Part shown: positions 38,214-47,861 of the stretch, piece after piece
Position numbering within the stretch: position 1 is the stretch's first letter
How the letters are laid out: every line of letters starts with the position of its first letter
Source: an uncultured bacterium
Lineage (GTDB): Bacteria; Electryoneota; B3-LCP
Assembly: GCA_964623265.1 (NCBI GenBank)
Contig: CAZUTK010000009.1
Location: 1 to 60,704, forward strand
Length of the DNA stretch: 60,704 nucleotides
Direction: 5' to 3'
Program-made: the position numbers and the translations under genes
The notes under the pieces: generated by a model
Databases searched by the model: none
What the model saw: the letters and a program-made list of their open reading frames with translations, nothing else
Told to the model about the DNA's origin: nothing

Positions 38214-38654
38214 TCAAATCCGAAGACGGCTCAGCTCTTTCTTCATGCAATGATCCATAATCACCCGAACGCCGGCTTCCTGTGCCCGCAGCGCGGCGTC
38301 TGGATTGACCACCCCTTCCTGCAGCCAGAGATAAGGGATACGCAGACGGATGACCTCATCCACGATTTCATGAATTGCGTCCGAGTTGCGGAAGACGTCC
38401 ACTACGTCAATGGGTTCGGGGATGTGATCGAGGGACGGATAACAGATGGTTCCCAGCACTTCTTCCAGCGACGGGTTCACGCCGATGACGTGATAACCGC
38501 TTTCAATGAGGAATCGGGCGACGTCGTAACTCGGTCTGCTGGGTTTGTCGGAAATACCCACCACCGCGATGGTGCGCGCTTCGTTGAGAATTTCCTGAAT
38601 CAGATCCGGATTGGACCAGGGGGGACTGAATTTCTTATTTCGACTACGTGGCAT
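38214..38654 (-). CDS. CoA-binding protein (YccU-like)
   Basis: TIAVVGISDKPSRPS, VNP, DVVDVFR, WLQEG, VIMDHC. Confidence 0.9.
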   Translation of the reverse strand: MPRSRNKKFSPPWSNPDLIQEILNEARTIAVVGISDKPSRPSYDVARFLIESGYHVIGVNPSLEEVLGTICYPSLDHIPEPIDVVDVFRNSDAIHEIVDEVIRLRIPYLWLQEGVVNPDAALRAQEAGVRVIMDHCMKKELSRLRI

Positions 38655-38663
38655 AAGCGGCTC

Positions 38664-38987
38664 CTATAAATGCGAGTCTAGTTTCGAGATGATGCTGGCT
38701 TTCGGCACGGCACCGATAATTTGTTCCACCGCTTTGCCTCCCTGGAAAAGCATCAGCGTGGGGATGCCTCGGATGCCGTACTGGGCGGCGATCTGCGGAC
38801 TTTCATCCACATTCAGCTTCCCGACTTTGATGCGTCCGGCGTAATCTTCGGATATCTGTTCGACGATGGGTGCGATCATATGGCAGGGCCCGCACCACTC
38901 CGCCCAGAAATCCACCAGAACGGGAATTTGACTTTCCAGCACTTCCTGTTTGAAATTTTCTTCTTTAAGGTGCAGCAGTTGACTCAT
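38664..38987 (-). CDS. trxA: Thioredoxin
   Basis: VLVDFWAEWCGPC, IPTL. Confidence 0.96.
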   Translation of the reverse strand: MSQLLHLKEENFKQEVLESQIPVLVDFWAEWCGPCHMIAPIVEQISEDYAGRIKVGKLNVDESPQIAAQYGIRGIPTLMLFQGGKAVEQIIGAVPKASIISKLDSHL

Positions 38988-39015
38988 CTGTTCTCCGATA
39001 TTGTATTTTCACTGT

Positions 39016-39588
39016 TTATTCTTTAATAGAATTCACGACGTTGGTTGTCACGGATAGTCTCAATTCCGTTTCTCCCGCCGCGGCATTGAAGATGAAAGTG
39101 CAGGGACCCGGACCGTCCACGGCGCGGCAGCGCATCTCCAGTCCCGATGTTTCCCGCCCCAGCGCGAACTGCCAGACTCCTGCAAATAGACCGCGGATCA
39201 AGTGGCATACCGGGAAGTCGGATTTGCGATACCCTTCCGCGAATATGCTGTGAAACACGTCCAGTTCCAGCACCCCGCGTTTTGCATCGAGCGAGGTGAT
39301 TTCCGTCCGGCCCCAGCCCATATGACGGTTCATCCTCGCAAAATGGCGGATCAGTTCGCCGGTTTCTAATTCCACTTCGCTTTCCGTTTGGAGAGCGAAA
39401 AGTTTTCCGTAAATATGCCCGATCTTATACAATTCCTGCCCGACTTTTTCCGCGCCTAACTCGCTCTCCATGCTTTTCTGAAAATCCAGAAGGATCTCCG
39501 GATTCAAGAGCATCAGGCGGGTTTCGCCGCACATAATGGCGCCGCCTTCCGGCAGATTTTCCAAACTATCCAGCAGATCATTTCTCAT
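39016..39588 (-). CDS. Standalone V4R (4-vinyl reductase) domain protein
   Basis: GWG, PVCHLIRGLFAG, EMRCRA...CTF. Start at MRNDL after RBS GGAG. Confidence 0.8.
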   Translation of the reverse strand: MRNDLLDSLENLPEGGAIMCGETRLMLLNPEILLDFQKSMESELGAEKVGQELYKIGHIYGKLFALQTESEVELETGELIRHFARMNRHMGWGRTEITSLDAKRGVLELDVFHSIFAEGYRKSDFPVCHLIRGLFAGVWQFALGRETSGLEMRCRAVDGPGPCTFIFNAAAGETELRLSVTTNVVNSIKE

Positions 39589-40432
39589 CGCCTGCTCCGG
39601 CGCCGGTTTCGGGATTGCGTTCGAAAGCACCCGGACGCAATTGATAAATCAAGGAGCGGATGAAGGGATGCAGGGTCAGATCCATCAATGCGTCTATATC
39701 ATCTCCTGCTACCGAGCGTAAACCGCTCTTCAGCATCCTGCTACGGATTTCCAGAACCGCGGTAGCGATCGCTCTCGATTCATCTCCGCTTGCGAGCAAA
39801 TGGGCGTAATGGACGATCTGAGTGAGCAATTCGAACGGATCGAGGCTGATGGCGCTGTTGAACTCGGCTTCGAGCTCGGTTTGTTTCGCCTTGGTGCACC
39901 GGTAGGTCGCCTCCCAATCCACGTCAGACGGCTTTTGCAGCACTCGGCGGGCGCCTGTCTTCCTCGCCCTCTCCGCCTCTTCGATGGTGCCTTTACGGGT
40001 GTAAGTTACGATCGGCACGCCGGGGAACTGCCGTTGGACGTCGGCGATGAGTTGTAAGCCGCCTTCTGGACCTTGACCCCGGGCGATTCGAATCGCCTGA
40101 TAACGGCGGTTCGCTGCGGCGACGTTAAGATATGCCTTGATCAGATCCCCTTCATCGTCAATAAGAGAAACAGGGGGTTCCGAGACAATGGCCGGCCGAA
40201 CTGCCGCCGACGCATCCGGAAAGTAGAGATCCAGCACAAATAGATCCGGTTGCGGCTTTACGGCAGAGATCTTTTCTCTGGCTGCCGCGAGAGTCGGAGC
40301 GGTCACCACTGAAAACGATCCGTCTTCGTTTCCGAAGATTTTTTCGAAGAGTTCGAGTTCGGCGGGATCGTCGTCAATGAAACAGATCAGTTTCTTATGT
40401 TGTGATTGAATCGGGGAGCCCGTTTCAGAAAT
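39578..40432 (-). CDS. Response-regulator receiver-domain protein with insertion; start uncertain (probably non-canonical)
   Basis: In-frame KLICFIDDD lies upstream of the first GTG (40309). LFVLDL, PIVTYT and VLQKP follow. Confidence 0.7.
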   Translation of the reverse strand: MSETGSPIQSQHKKLICFIDDDPAELELFEKIFGNEDGSFSVVTAPTLAAAREKISAVKPQPDLFVLDLYFPDASAAVRPAIVSEPPVSLIDDEGDLIKAYLNVAAANRRYQAIRIARGQGPEGGLQLIADVQRQFPGVPIVTYTRKGTIEEAERARKTGARRVLQKPSDVDWEATYRCTKAKQTELEAEFNSAISLDPFELLTQIVHYAHLLASGDESRAIATAVLEIRSRMLKSGLRSVAGDDIDALMDLTLHPFIRSLIYQLRPGAFERNPETGAGAGDEK

Positions 40433-40455
40433 GAATGAAATCCGCTTCTTTCGTG

Positions 40456-40484
40456 AATATACGACGATGAAATTCCAAAGTCAA
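40456..40484 (-). promoter_or_regulatory. sigma70-type promoter TTGACT-17-TATATT
   Basis: Hexamers with a 17-bp spacer upstream of the receiver gene. Confidence 0.7.
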
Positions 40485-40512
40485 GCAGAAGAAAGAAAAA
40501 CCTGCGGCGATC

Positions 40513-41619
40513 CTATTCGTCGGGAGTCAGCCAGCCCCGCAGTTGATCAAATCCCACGTTAACGGCGGCGTCCATCCGCAGACCGTTCATCCAAGTCCAG
40601 TCAGAGGCGGGTTCGTGCACCCAAGCCAGGTTGGCGCGCAGCCACTCCGGTCCCATTCCCAGTCCGAGGTGGTGAAAGAATCTTCCGGTTCCGTGTTCCT
40701 GGGTCCAGCCCATCCGCAGGCTGATCAGCGTCATAATGCCGGCTTCGATTCCGCAGCGTGAAATCCATTGTCCTTCGTTTCCTCGCCCTTCCCAGGCGGT
40801 GAAGAGAGCATCGCCCGCCTTCTTGTATCCGCCGGCGCTGTTGCGCGCCACCAGGAGCTTTTCCACACCGCATGCCAGGCGCAGATCCAACCAGCGACTC
40901 AGGTACGCCCCCCAGAGAAGATCGGCGCGGAATCGCTGCGGAAGCATTTCCACCTGCGTGGAATTTTCGTATTCCACGCTGCCGCCTAGATTCTGTAAGG
41001 CGATCCCCAGGTTCAAGCCGCGGGGGAAGGGTCTGCCAAATTTCAGACGATGGTTGCGCGCTTCTTCATCTAATTTCCCCAGCGTGATGCCTGGAAAAAG
41101 ACCCGCATATGCCGCGCCGACGTCAAAAGCGGTCTTGTAGGTTTTCGTGTCCGATTCGTTGAGCGGCGTGAAAGGAAAGCGGTTTTTGGTCGAGAGAATT
41201 TTCAAGGCCAGTCCTACGGAGACCCCCCGCCAGGGTTTTCCTGCTAAAATCAAGGCGCTGGCTTCTTCGGGAGGATACGATGTGCCTTCTTCCCCTTTGC
41301 GGTTCAGATAATTCACGCTGATGTAGCCGAATTCGGTGTGAGCCGCGGCGTTCAGAACGAGGAGATCGTAGCCTCGCTGAAAATACGGGCGCGGATTGGA
41401 ATAGACTGTGCCGCCTACATCGCCCATAAACGCTTGCGCCGCAGGATTGAGCAATCCGCTGGAAGGATCCCCCAGCAACGCGCCGCAGCCGCCCATCCCT
41501 TCCGATCGGGCGCTGGTTCCCAGGAGGAAGAGCTTGCCCGCCGTATTGATCGGATAATTCGCCCCGGATGCGGTTTGCGTCAGCAGCCAAAGAAACAGCG
41601 GAAAGGCAACCCGCCTCAT
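40513..41619 (-). CDS. PorV/PorQ-like outer-membrane beta-barrel (T9SS shuttle family)
   Basis: Signal peptide. FL.GTSARSEGMG......NPA, AFDVG, G.ALQNLG...Y.....LP..FR, LRMG. Confidence 0.7.
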   Translation of the reverse strand: MRRVAFPLFLWLLTQTASGANYPINTAGKLFLLGTSARSEGMGGCGALLGDPSSGLLNPAAQAFMGDVGGTVYSNPRPYFQRGYDLLVLNAAAHTEFGYISVNYLNRKGEEGTSYPPEEASALILAGKPWRGVSVGLALKILSTKNRFPFTPLNESDTKTYKTAFDVGAAYAGLFPGITLGKLDEEARNHRLKFGRPFPRGLNLGIALQNLGGSVEYENSTQVEMLPQRFRADLLWGAYLSRWLDLRLACGVEKLLVARNSAGGYKKAGDALFTAWEGRGNEGQWISRCGIEAGIMTLISLRMGWTQEHGTGRFFHHLGLGMGPEWLRANLAWVHEPASDWTWMNGLRMDAAVNVGFDQLRGWLTPDE

Positions 41620-42386
41620 ACGTCAATGCTCCGGGGAGCGGGGCCGTCATACTCGAAGGGCGGCGGACCCAGTCTGCGCATCGTTTTCTCGCGAGTCCAT
41701 TCCTCGTACACGTGGGCGATCAATCCCGGCACGCGGCTGATGATGAAGAAGCCCTTGCCCATCCTCCAATCGAAGCCCATTTCGCTGATGACGGCCGCGA
41801 TAGCACCATCCACATTCAGCGGCAAGTCCTTCCCGGACGTGCGCTCCAGTTCATCCTGAATCGCCACCGCCAGCTCGATGATCCGCCCTTTGTAGCCGAT
41901 TCTCTCGGCGATCTCCAGCAGCTTCAAAGTCCGAGGATCCCGCTTGTGAATGCGGTGCCCGTACCCCGGCATGCGCTTGCCTTTTTCCTTCATCTCTGCG
42001 ACGAGCTGTGCGGCGAGTTCGGCGGGGGAACCGCTTTTGCGCGCCCATTCCTGCAGGATGCGGGCGCACTGTTCGATGGCGCCGCCGTGGGAGTCGCCGA
42101 TCGTCATCACACCCGCCGCGACGGCGCAATTGAGAGGATTCCCGCCGGAAAAGACCGTCCGCGCCGCGAGATTGGAAGGCGGAGTCGGTCCATGGTCAAT
42201 CGAAGAAACCAGCATCGCCTCCATCATGCGGCGCTGCTGATTGTTGGGTAATTCCCCTTTCAAGATGAGGTAGATCGCATCCGAAAAGGAGAGATGCTCC
42301 ATCATTTCCGCGATCTCATACCCGCGGACTCGGATCGTGCCGCCGGATACATCCGTGACGGCGGTTTTCCAAGGTTGTTCAGCCAT
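41616..42386 (-). CDS. Citryl-CoA lyase (citrate synthase family)
   Basis: WKTAVT, SIDHG..PPS, HGGAIE, PGYGHR.H..DPR, LNVDGAIAA, RVPGLIAH..EE. Confidence 0.88.
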   Translation of the reverse strand: MAEQPWKTAVTDVSGGTIRVRGYEIAEMMEHLSFSDAIYLILKGELPNNQQRRMMEAMLVSSIDHGPTPPSNLAARTVFSGGNPLNCAVAAGVMTIGDSHGGAIEQCARILQEWARKSGSPAELAAQLVAEMKEKGKRMPGYGHRIHKRDPRTLKLLEIAERIGYKGRIIELAVAIQDELERTSGKDLPLNVDGAIAAVISEMGFDWRMGKGFFIISRVPGLIAHVYEEWTREKTMRRLGPPPFEYDGPAPRSIDV

Positions 42387-42479
42387 CGTTGACTCAATCT
42401 GAAATGGAAATTTCTATTATCAGGTAATCGAATCTGCGATAAATAGTGCAAAACAGATCTGCAATGCCGTTGATGCACC

Positions 42480-42508
42480 ATAATACGAAAAAACTGATGG
42501 ATATGCAA
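42480..42508 (-). promoter_or_regulatory. sigma70-type promoter TTGCAT-17-TATTAT
   Basis: Hexamers with a 17-bp spacer upstream of the citryl-CoA lyase gene. Confidence 0.6.
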
Positions 42509-42675
42509 GCAATTTCAGCGGAGTCCGCGCAGGCGGAAATGCAATATTTTGCATCTTGTTTTAACGGATGCTTTTATTATTTTATGGAAAAAATGCTTGT
42601 ATCTTTGATTTAAACGCAATAAATTTAGCAAAACGACGCACGAAAAAGAATCGTCCAATTCGACAGGAGAACAGA

Positions 42676-44589
42676 ATGAGAACCCACACCGTTTCCTGGG
42701 TGTTGCTGATGCTGCTGGTACCGGCAGTAGTCTTCGGCACGCCGCAAAAAGTTACCAAGGGCCCTATGGTAACGCTACCTGTTATGGGGTACAACGACCC
42801 GATCGTTGACGCTCCGGTAGTGCCGCCGCCCTACCTCACTCCATTGACGGATGAGGTCACCGTCCTGGGCGATACGGTTACGATCGGGACCACCTGGTAC
42901 GAAAACCAGCACAACGGTACCATCGGACGCATGGTCGTCAAAGATGAGCTGGGCTTCCTGCATTTCGTCTGGATGAACGGATTGAACAACGGCGCTTCCC
43001 AGCGTCATGTGTATTACAATGCGATTTTCCCGGACGGCAGCCAGCTCTATCCGCAGTCCGGCTACGCGGTGGAATCCGCCACCCGCAGCGGATATACCTG
43101 CGAAGCCGTAGGCTGGGGCGGCATTGCGTTTCCCGCCTTTCATCAAGTAACCACCACGAGCAATGCCCATTCCGCTGTAGCGACGGATTACTTCCCCCAC
43201 ACCGCCGCCTTCTTGACCTTCGAACTTCCGTATTTCCAGGGTCAGGAAATTAATCAGTTCATCTGGCCCCGCATCGCAATGAAGCAGGACGGTCAGATGC
43301 TGGTTGTCAGCACGGAATATCAAGCTTCCGCCGGCACACCCCAGCGGCAGACCTGGAGTATGGGCACATATAATCCGACCCTATACCAGATCACCTATAC
43401 GGACCAGGTCGAGATCGAATACACGATGACCATCGCGGCGGATGTGGCGGCGTCCAGAGTTTCCAATCGGGTGGCGGTGGCATGGACCACCAGCCGCGAC
43501 GAGGGTTTCCCGGGCGGCGATCCGACGCAGTACAACAACGACATCCACATGCTGATTGACGACGACGGCGTGGATCTGAATTTCAACGACTGGTTCAATC
43601 TGACCAATTTCATCTATCCGGAACTATCGCTCCTGCCCGACACGACGCTGGCGGACGGCGACACGATTCGCGCCTACACGGATATCAGCGTCTTCTTTGA
43701 TGACAACGACTACTGCCATGTCGCCTTCACTACGCCTGGTTACTATGAATTGGAAGGTCTGATTTCCATAGCGCCTTCCCTAATCTGGCATTGGTCGGAA
43801 GAGTCCCCCAACGAGTTCAGCCTGGTCGCCAATCACTGGTACCCCAATTATGCTCCGGGCGCCTGGAACCGGAACTGCCAGCGTCCATCGCTGGGACAGG
43901 ATCCCACCACCGGATACCTCTACTGTATGTATCAGGTGTACGACTCTTCCTCCGTTTCCGCAGGAGGGTATCCTTCAGGTGAAGTGTACATCAGCGTCTC
44001 CACGGACGGCGGATTTTCTTGGTCCCGCGGAACGAACGTGACCAATACCGTAAGCCCGAACAACGCGCCCGCCGGACAGTGCCTGTCCGAATTAACCCCC
44101 TCGATGGCTGAAATCGTGGACGGTTACTGCCATATCACGTATGTTTTAGACCGCGATGCGGGTTTCGTCGTTCAAACCGAAGGAACCTGGACGTTCAACG
44201 AAGTCAAGTATCACAAGGTGCCGGTCAACCTGATCCCCACCACTCCGTTGATTCCTCAGATCCCGTTCCACGTCGAGCATCTGCCGGATACCACGGGAGT
44301 AAAATGGGGTCATCCCGTCACGCCTTCGGAATTTGCTCTGGATCAAAACGCTCCGAATCCCTTCAATCCTACCACGACGATCCGCTTCTCGCTGGAGACT
44401 CTGGGCGAAGTCAGACTCGCCGTGTTCAATTTGAAAGGCGAAAAGGTGGCGACGATTGCTGAAGGGGTCTTCCCTGCCGGCAGTCACATCGTGGGCTTTG
44501 ACGGCAGCGCTCTGGCATCGGGAGTTTACATCTACCGGCTCGAATCCGCCGGCAAGACTCTGCAGAAGAAAATGCTGCTGCTGAAGTAG
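42676..44589 (+). CDS. Secreted Asp-box/propeller-like protein with T9SS C-terminal domain (paralog 1)
   Basis: Signal peptide after RBS AGGAG. SVSTDGGFSW. QNAPNPFNP...LASGVYIY...KKMLLLK. Confidence 0.85.
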   Translation: MRTHTVSWVLLMLLVPAVVFGTPQKVTKGPMVTLPVMGYNDPIVDAPVVPPPYLTPLTDEVTVLGDTVTIGTTWYENQHNGTIGRMVVKDELGFLHFVWMNGLNNGASQRHVYYNAIFPDGSQLYPQSGYAVESATRSGYTCEAVGWGGIAFPAFHQVTTTSNAHSAVATDYFPHTAAFLTFELPYFQGQEINQFIWPRIAMKQDGQMLVVSTEYQASAGTPQRQTWSMGTYNPTLYQITYTDQVEIEYTMTIAADVAASRVSNRVAVAWTTSRDEGFPGGDPTQYNNDIHMLIDDDGVDLNFNDWFNLTNFIYPELSLLPDTTLADGDTIRAYTDISVFFDDNDYCHVAFTTPGYYELEGLISIAPSLIWHWSEESPNEFSLVANHWYPNYAPGAWNRNCQRPSLGQDPTTGYLYCMYQVYDSSSVSAGGYPSGEVYISVSTDGGFSWSRGTNVTNTVSPNNAPAGQCLSELTPSMAEIVDGYCHITYVLDRDAGFVVQTEGTWTFNEVKYHKVPVNLIPTTPLIPQIPFHVEHLPDTTGVKWGHPVTPSEFALDQNAPNPFNPTTTIRFSLETLGEVRLAVFNLKGEKVATIAEGVFPAGSHIVGFDGSALASGVYIYRLESAGKTLQKKMLLLK

Positions 44590-44607
44590 TCGAAACTTAA
44601 GCATTAC

Positions 44608-44659
44608 AAGAAAAGCCGACTCGATCCGCTCGCTTTGGGAAAGAGTCGGCTTTCCTTTT
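44608..44659 (+). terminator. Intrinsic terminator between the paralogs
   Basis: aaagccgactc/gagtcggcttt followed by a T tract. Confidence 0.7.
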
Positions 44660-44683
44660 GAGTCTGCAAAAAAAAGGGCGGTT

Positions 44684-46576
44684 ATGAAAAAGTTACTTTG
44701 GTTGATGCTGATCCTGCTGAGCGCGCCGGCGCTGCTTTTTGCGGATGCAAGGATCGGCCTGAAGATGATCAGTGAGCCGGCCGTCTTCACGGGTTTGGAA
44801 GAGGTACCGGCGAATTTGCCGATCGCTTTCCCTCCTTACAAGACGCCCGGACCCGAGGGTCTGGATATCCTCGGAGACACCGTCACTGTGGGCACCACCT
44901 GGTATGAGTATCAGCACAACGGACAGATCGGGCGGATGATCGTCTTGGATGATGACGGGTATGTGCATATCGTTTGGACGAACGGACTGGACCAGATGTC
45001 CACCAACCGTCACGTGTACTACAACCTGATTGATCCCGCCGGTTCCCAGTTGTTTCCTGGCTCGGGCTATGCGGTCGAATCGTCCGTGCGCGCGGGGTAC
45101 ACGAATCTGGCGGTCGCTCACGACGGCACCGCCTACATCGCGTTTCATCAAATCATCGTGTCGGGCGGCCACGCTCATTCCGCCGTGGCGGTGGACTATT
45201 TCCCGAGGATCGGAGCCTTCTCGACCTTCGAGCTGCCTTGGTTTCAAGGGCAGGATCTCGAATACATCTGGCCCAGGATCTCCATGAAACAGGATGGACA
45301 AGTCCTTGTTTTGAGTCGGTTGAACGGTGGAGATGGACAAACCTGGTCGTTGGGCGAATATAACGCCGCTCTTTTCACGATGTCGTACACACCTCAGGAA
45401 TTGACGGAACCGTCCGCACGCATCAGCAACGGGACGGGGGCATCGCACGTCTCCAACCGCATCGGCGCGGCATATAGCGCGAGCCTCAATAACGGCTTCG
45501 CCGGCACCTACGCCTGGCTGAACAACGATCTGCATGCGATGGTGGACGATGACGGCGTCAATCTGAATTTCAACAACTGGTGGAACGTGACCAACTTCCT
45601 CTCCCCGGATACCACCCTGCTGCCCGACACATTGCTGGCGGAAGGCGACACGCTGCGGGCGCTCACGGACAATTGCGTATTCTTCGATATGGATGGCGTG
45701 TGCCATATCGCCTTCACCACGCTCGGGTTTCGCCAGATCGAAGACATCGCCTGGGCGGCGCCTTCCATCATCTGGCACTGGTCGGAAAACACCCCGGACG
45801 AGTATCAAGTCATCGCCAACGCCTATTATTGGAATTATCCGCCCGGAGCCTGGAATGTGAACGCTCAGCGCCCGTCACTGGGACAGGATCCCGCCACGGG
45901 ATACCTCTACTGCATGTATCAGCTGTTTGATTCTTCGACGGTCTCCGCGGGCGGGTATGCATCCGGGGAAATCTACATTTCGGTTTCTATGGACGGCGGC
46001 GCCAGCTGGTCAATCGGCACCAACGTGACCAACACCGTCAGCCCCATGAACGCCGCGCCGGGAGAATGCCTCTCGGAAGCCTGGCCCTCTATGGCGGAAA
46101 AAGTCAACGGATACTGCCATATCGTCTATGTCTTGGATCGGGATGCGGGGTCCTATCTGCAGACGGAAGGGACGATCACCTTTAATCCCATCATCTATCA
46201 CAAGGTGTCCGTCAACCTGATCGCGACGACTCCGCTGGTGCCGCAGATCCCCTTCCACGTGGAACATATGCAGCCGCCGGCGTCGGCGCGGCCGGAAACC
46301 GTTCAGATTCCACTGCAATTCTCTTTGGAACAGAATTCGCCGAACCCCTTCAACGCCGTCACCGTGATCCGCTTCACTCTGGAGACTCTGAGCGACATCC
46401 GCATCCGTTTGTTCAACCTTTGCGGGAAAGAGATCAGAACGCTGGCGCAGGGGACGTATGCGGCGGGCAGTCACACGCTTGAATTCGATTGTGGCGATCT
46501 GGCTTCCGGCATCTACATCGTTCAGCTGGAATGTTTCAACCGCACCCTCGAGCGGAAAATGGTGCTTCTGAAATAG
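44684..46576 (+). CDS. Secreted Asp-box/propeller-like protein with T9SS C-terminal domain (paralog 2)
   Basis: Colinear with 42676-44589. SVSMDGGASW. QNSPNPFN...LASGIYI...RKMVLLK. Confidence 0.85.
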   Translation: MKKLLWLMLILLSAPALLFADARIGLKMISEPAVFTGLEEVPANLPIAFPPYKTPGPEGLDILGDTVTVGTTWYEYQHNGQIGRMIVLDDDGYVHIVWTNGLDQMSTNRHVYYNLIDPAGSQLFPGSGYAVESSVRAGYTNLAVAHDGTAYIAFHQIIVSGGHAHSAVAVDYFPRIGAFSTFELPWFQGQDLEYIWPRISMKQDGQVLVLSRLNGGDGQTWSLGEYNAALFTMSYTPQELTEPSARISNGTGASHVSNRIGAAYSASLNNGFAGTYAWLNNDLHAMVDDDGVNLNFNNWWNVTNFLSPDTTLLPDTLLAEGDTLRALTDNCVFFDMDGVCHIAFTTLGFRQIEDIAWAAPSIIWHWSENTPDEYQVIANAYYWNYPPGAWNVNAQRPSLGQDPATGYLYCMYQLFDSSTVSAGGYASGEIYISVSMDGGASWSIGTNVTNTVSPMNAAPGECLSEAWPSMAEKVNGYCHIVYVLDRDAGSYLQTEGTITFNPIIYHKVSVNLIATTPLVPQIPFHVEHMQPPASARPETVQIPLQFSLEQNSPNPFNAVTVIRFTLETLSDIRIRLFNLCGKEIRTLAQGTYAAGSHTLEFDCGDLASGIYIVQLECFNRTLERKMVLLK

Positions 46577-46755
46577 CCGTACGTGTCGCTTGATATCCGC
46601 CGCGCCAATAGATCCTTGTTGGTTCTTAGGGGATGGCGCGCGTTTCCCGCGTGATGCGGGGAGATGATCATTCTTGTTCAAGGCGTGAGATCCGCCGATT
46701 TTCCCTTGAGATTGCGGCGATGGGCGGAAAAACGCGAAAATGCAAAAAATTGCGC

Positions 46756-46801
46756 TTGCTTTCAGCCGTTCCTGTTCGTAGTTTATAGTAGGAACCTGAA
46801 A
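46756..46801 (+). promoter_or_regulatory. Promoter TTGCTT-17-TAGTTT embedded in an inverted repeat (putative operator)
   Basis: tttcag-cc-gttcct-N16-aggaac-ctgaaa. Confidence 0.5.
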
Positions 46802-46847
46802 CTGCAACCGCGGTGCCGGATAGCTGGATCCGAAGGAGGAGTGAGCC

Positions 46848-47861
46848 ATGCAGGTGCGGGACAGTGATACATTGTTGCTATACGGACTCTTCCAGAGCAT
46901 CTGCGGGTGGGCTCTGGAAAAGGGCTACCGTGATATTGCAACGATGAAACATCTCCTCAAGCTGGCGATGATTGATGTCTGCCGCCAGAAGTATGAGGAT
47001 AAACCCCCGTCGGCGGTGCAGATGTCGGTCGTGGAGGATCTCGGGATTTCGCTGAGGAATGTGCAGTACAGCCTGAAATCCCTGCAGAAGCTGAATGATC
47101 TGACCAACAGCTTCGTCAAGATCAGGCAGATCCGCCGCGAGCTGCTGACGCTGATTTCGCAGAAGCCGCAGTCCCTGGAGGAGCTCTTCCCGGAAGTCTC
47201 GCATTTCATCCACGCACCCTATGAGCTGCAAAAACGAACGCTGCGCACCATTCTAAGAGACCTCGAACAAAAAGGCTTCATCAGCGCTGAAGTGGTGGAT
47301 GGTACGGTTAAATATCGCGCGATTGAAGCGCACGTCAGCCTGTTCGATCCGACCGACATCTCAGCGCGCTTATCCGGCTTGTTGAGCCACATTGACGCCT
47401 TCCGGAATACAATCGGTGAGCCGTTTTACGGCATCTTTCCCTTAGGCCTCAGACAAGCCAAAGGGTTGCAGACGGCGTTGCACGAATTGCTGCTGGGTAC
47501 CGGCAACGCGCATGAACACGATTGTAGAGAATCCGGCGCGGTGACGCTGCCTTATTATTACTATCTTGGCTGCACTGCCGTAAAGCGGGAGCATCCGCCG
47601 ACCTGCGTGGCGGACGCGATGCTGGAGGTGATTCAAGCGCGGTTCAAGGATGCGGATTCACCGTCCATCGCCAGAACGCACTGGTATCATCTGACGCCTG
47701 TATCTGCGAAGGATGTTTATGCGGAAGTGACGGGTTTTCTGAAAGGGGAGGTCGCTTCCACGGAGGGGAAATCCACGGGCGAGGAGACGGTGCCTTTCGC
47801 ATTTTACTTTGGTATGGCGGTTCGTTCAAACGGTTCGTCAAATGAGGGGACGAAATCATGA
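46848..47861 (+). CDS. Hypothetical HTH/winged-helix DNA-binding protein with duplicated C-terminal module
   Basis: RBS AAGGAGG. HTH-like QMSVVEDLGISLRNVQYSL and wHTH-like LRDLEQKGFIS. Confidence 0.6.
   Translation: MQVRDSDTLLLYGLFQSICGWALEKGYRDIATMKHLLKLAMIDVCRQKYEDKPPSAVQMSVVEDLGISLRNVQYSLKSLQKLNDLTNSFVKIRQIRRELLTLISQKPQSLEELFPEVSHFIHAPYELQKRTLRTILRDLEQKGFISAEVVDGTVKYRAIEAHVSLFDPTDISARLSGLLSHIDAFRNTIGEPFYGIFPLGLRQAKGLQTALHELLLGTGNAHEHDCRESGAVTLPYYYYLGCTAVKREHPPTCVADAMLEVIQARFKDADSPSIARTHWYHLTPVSAKDVYAEVTGFLKGEVASTEGKSTGEETVPFAFYFGMAVRSNGSSNEGTKS

Noticed and set aside
42676-46576. DGR template/variable repeat pair
   Set aside because: Similarity spans whole genes, differences are not adenine-specific, and no reverse transcriptase is present.
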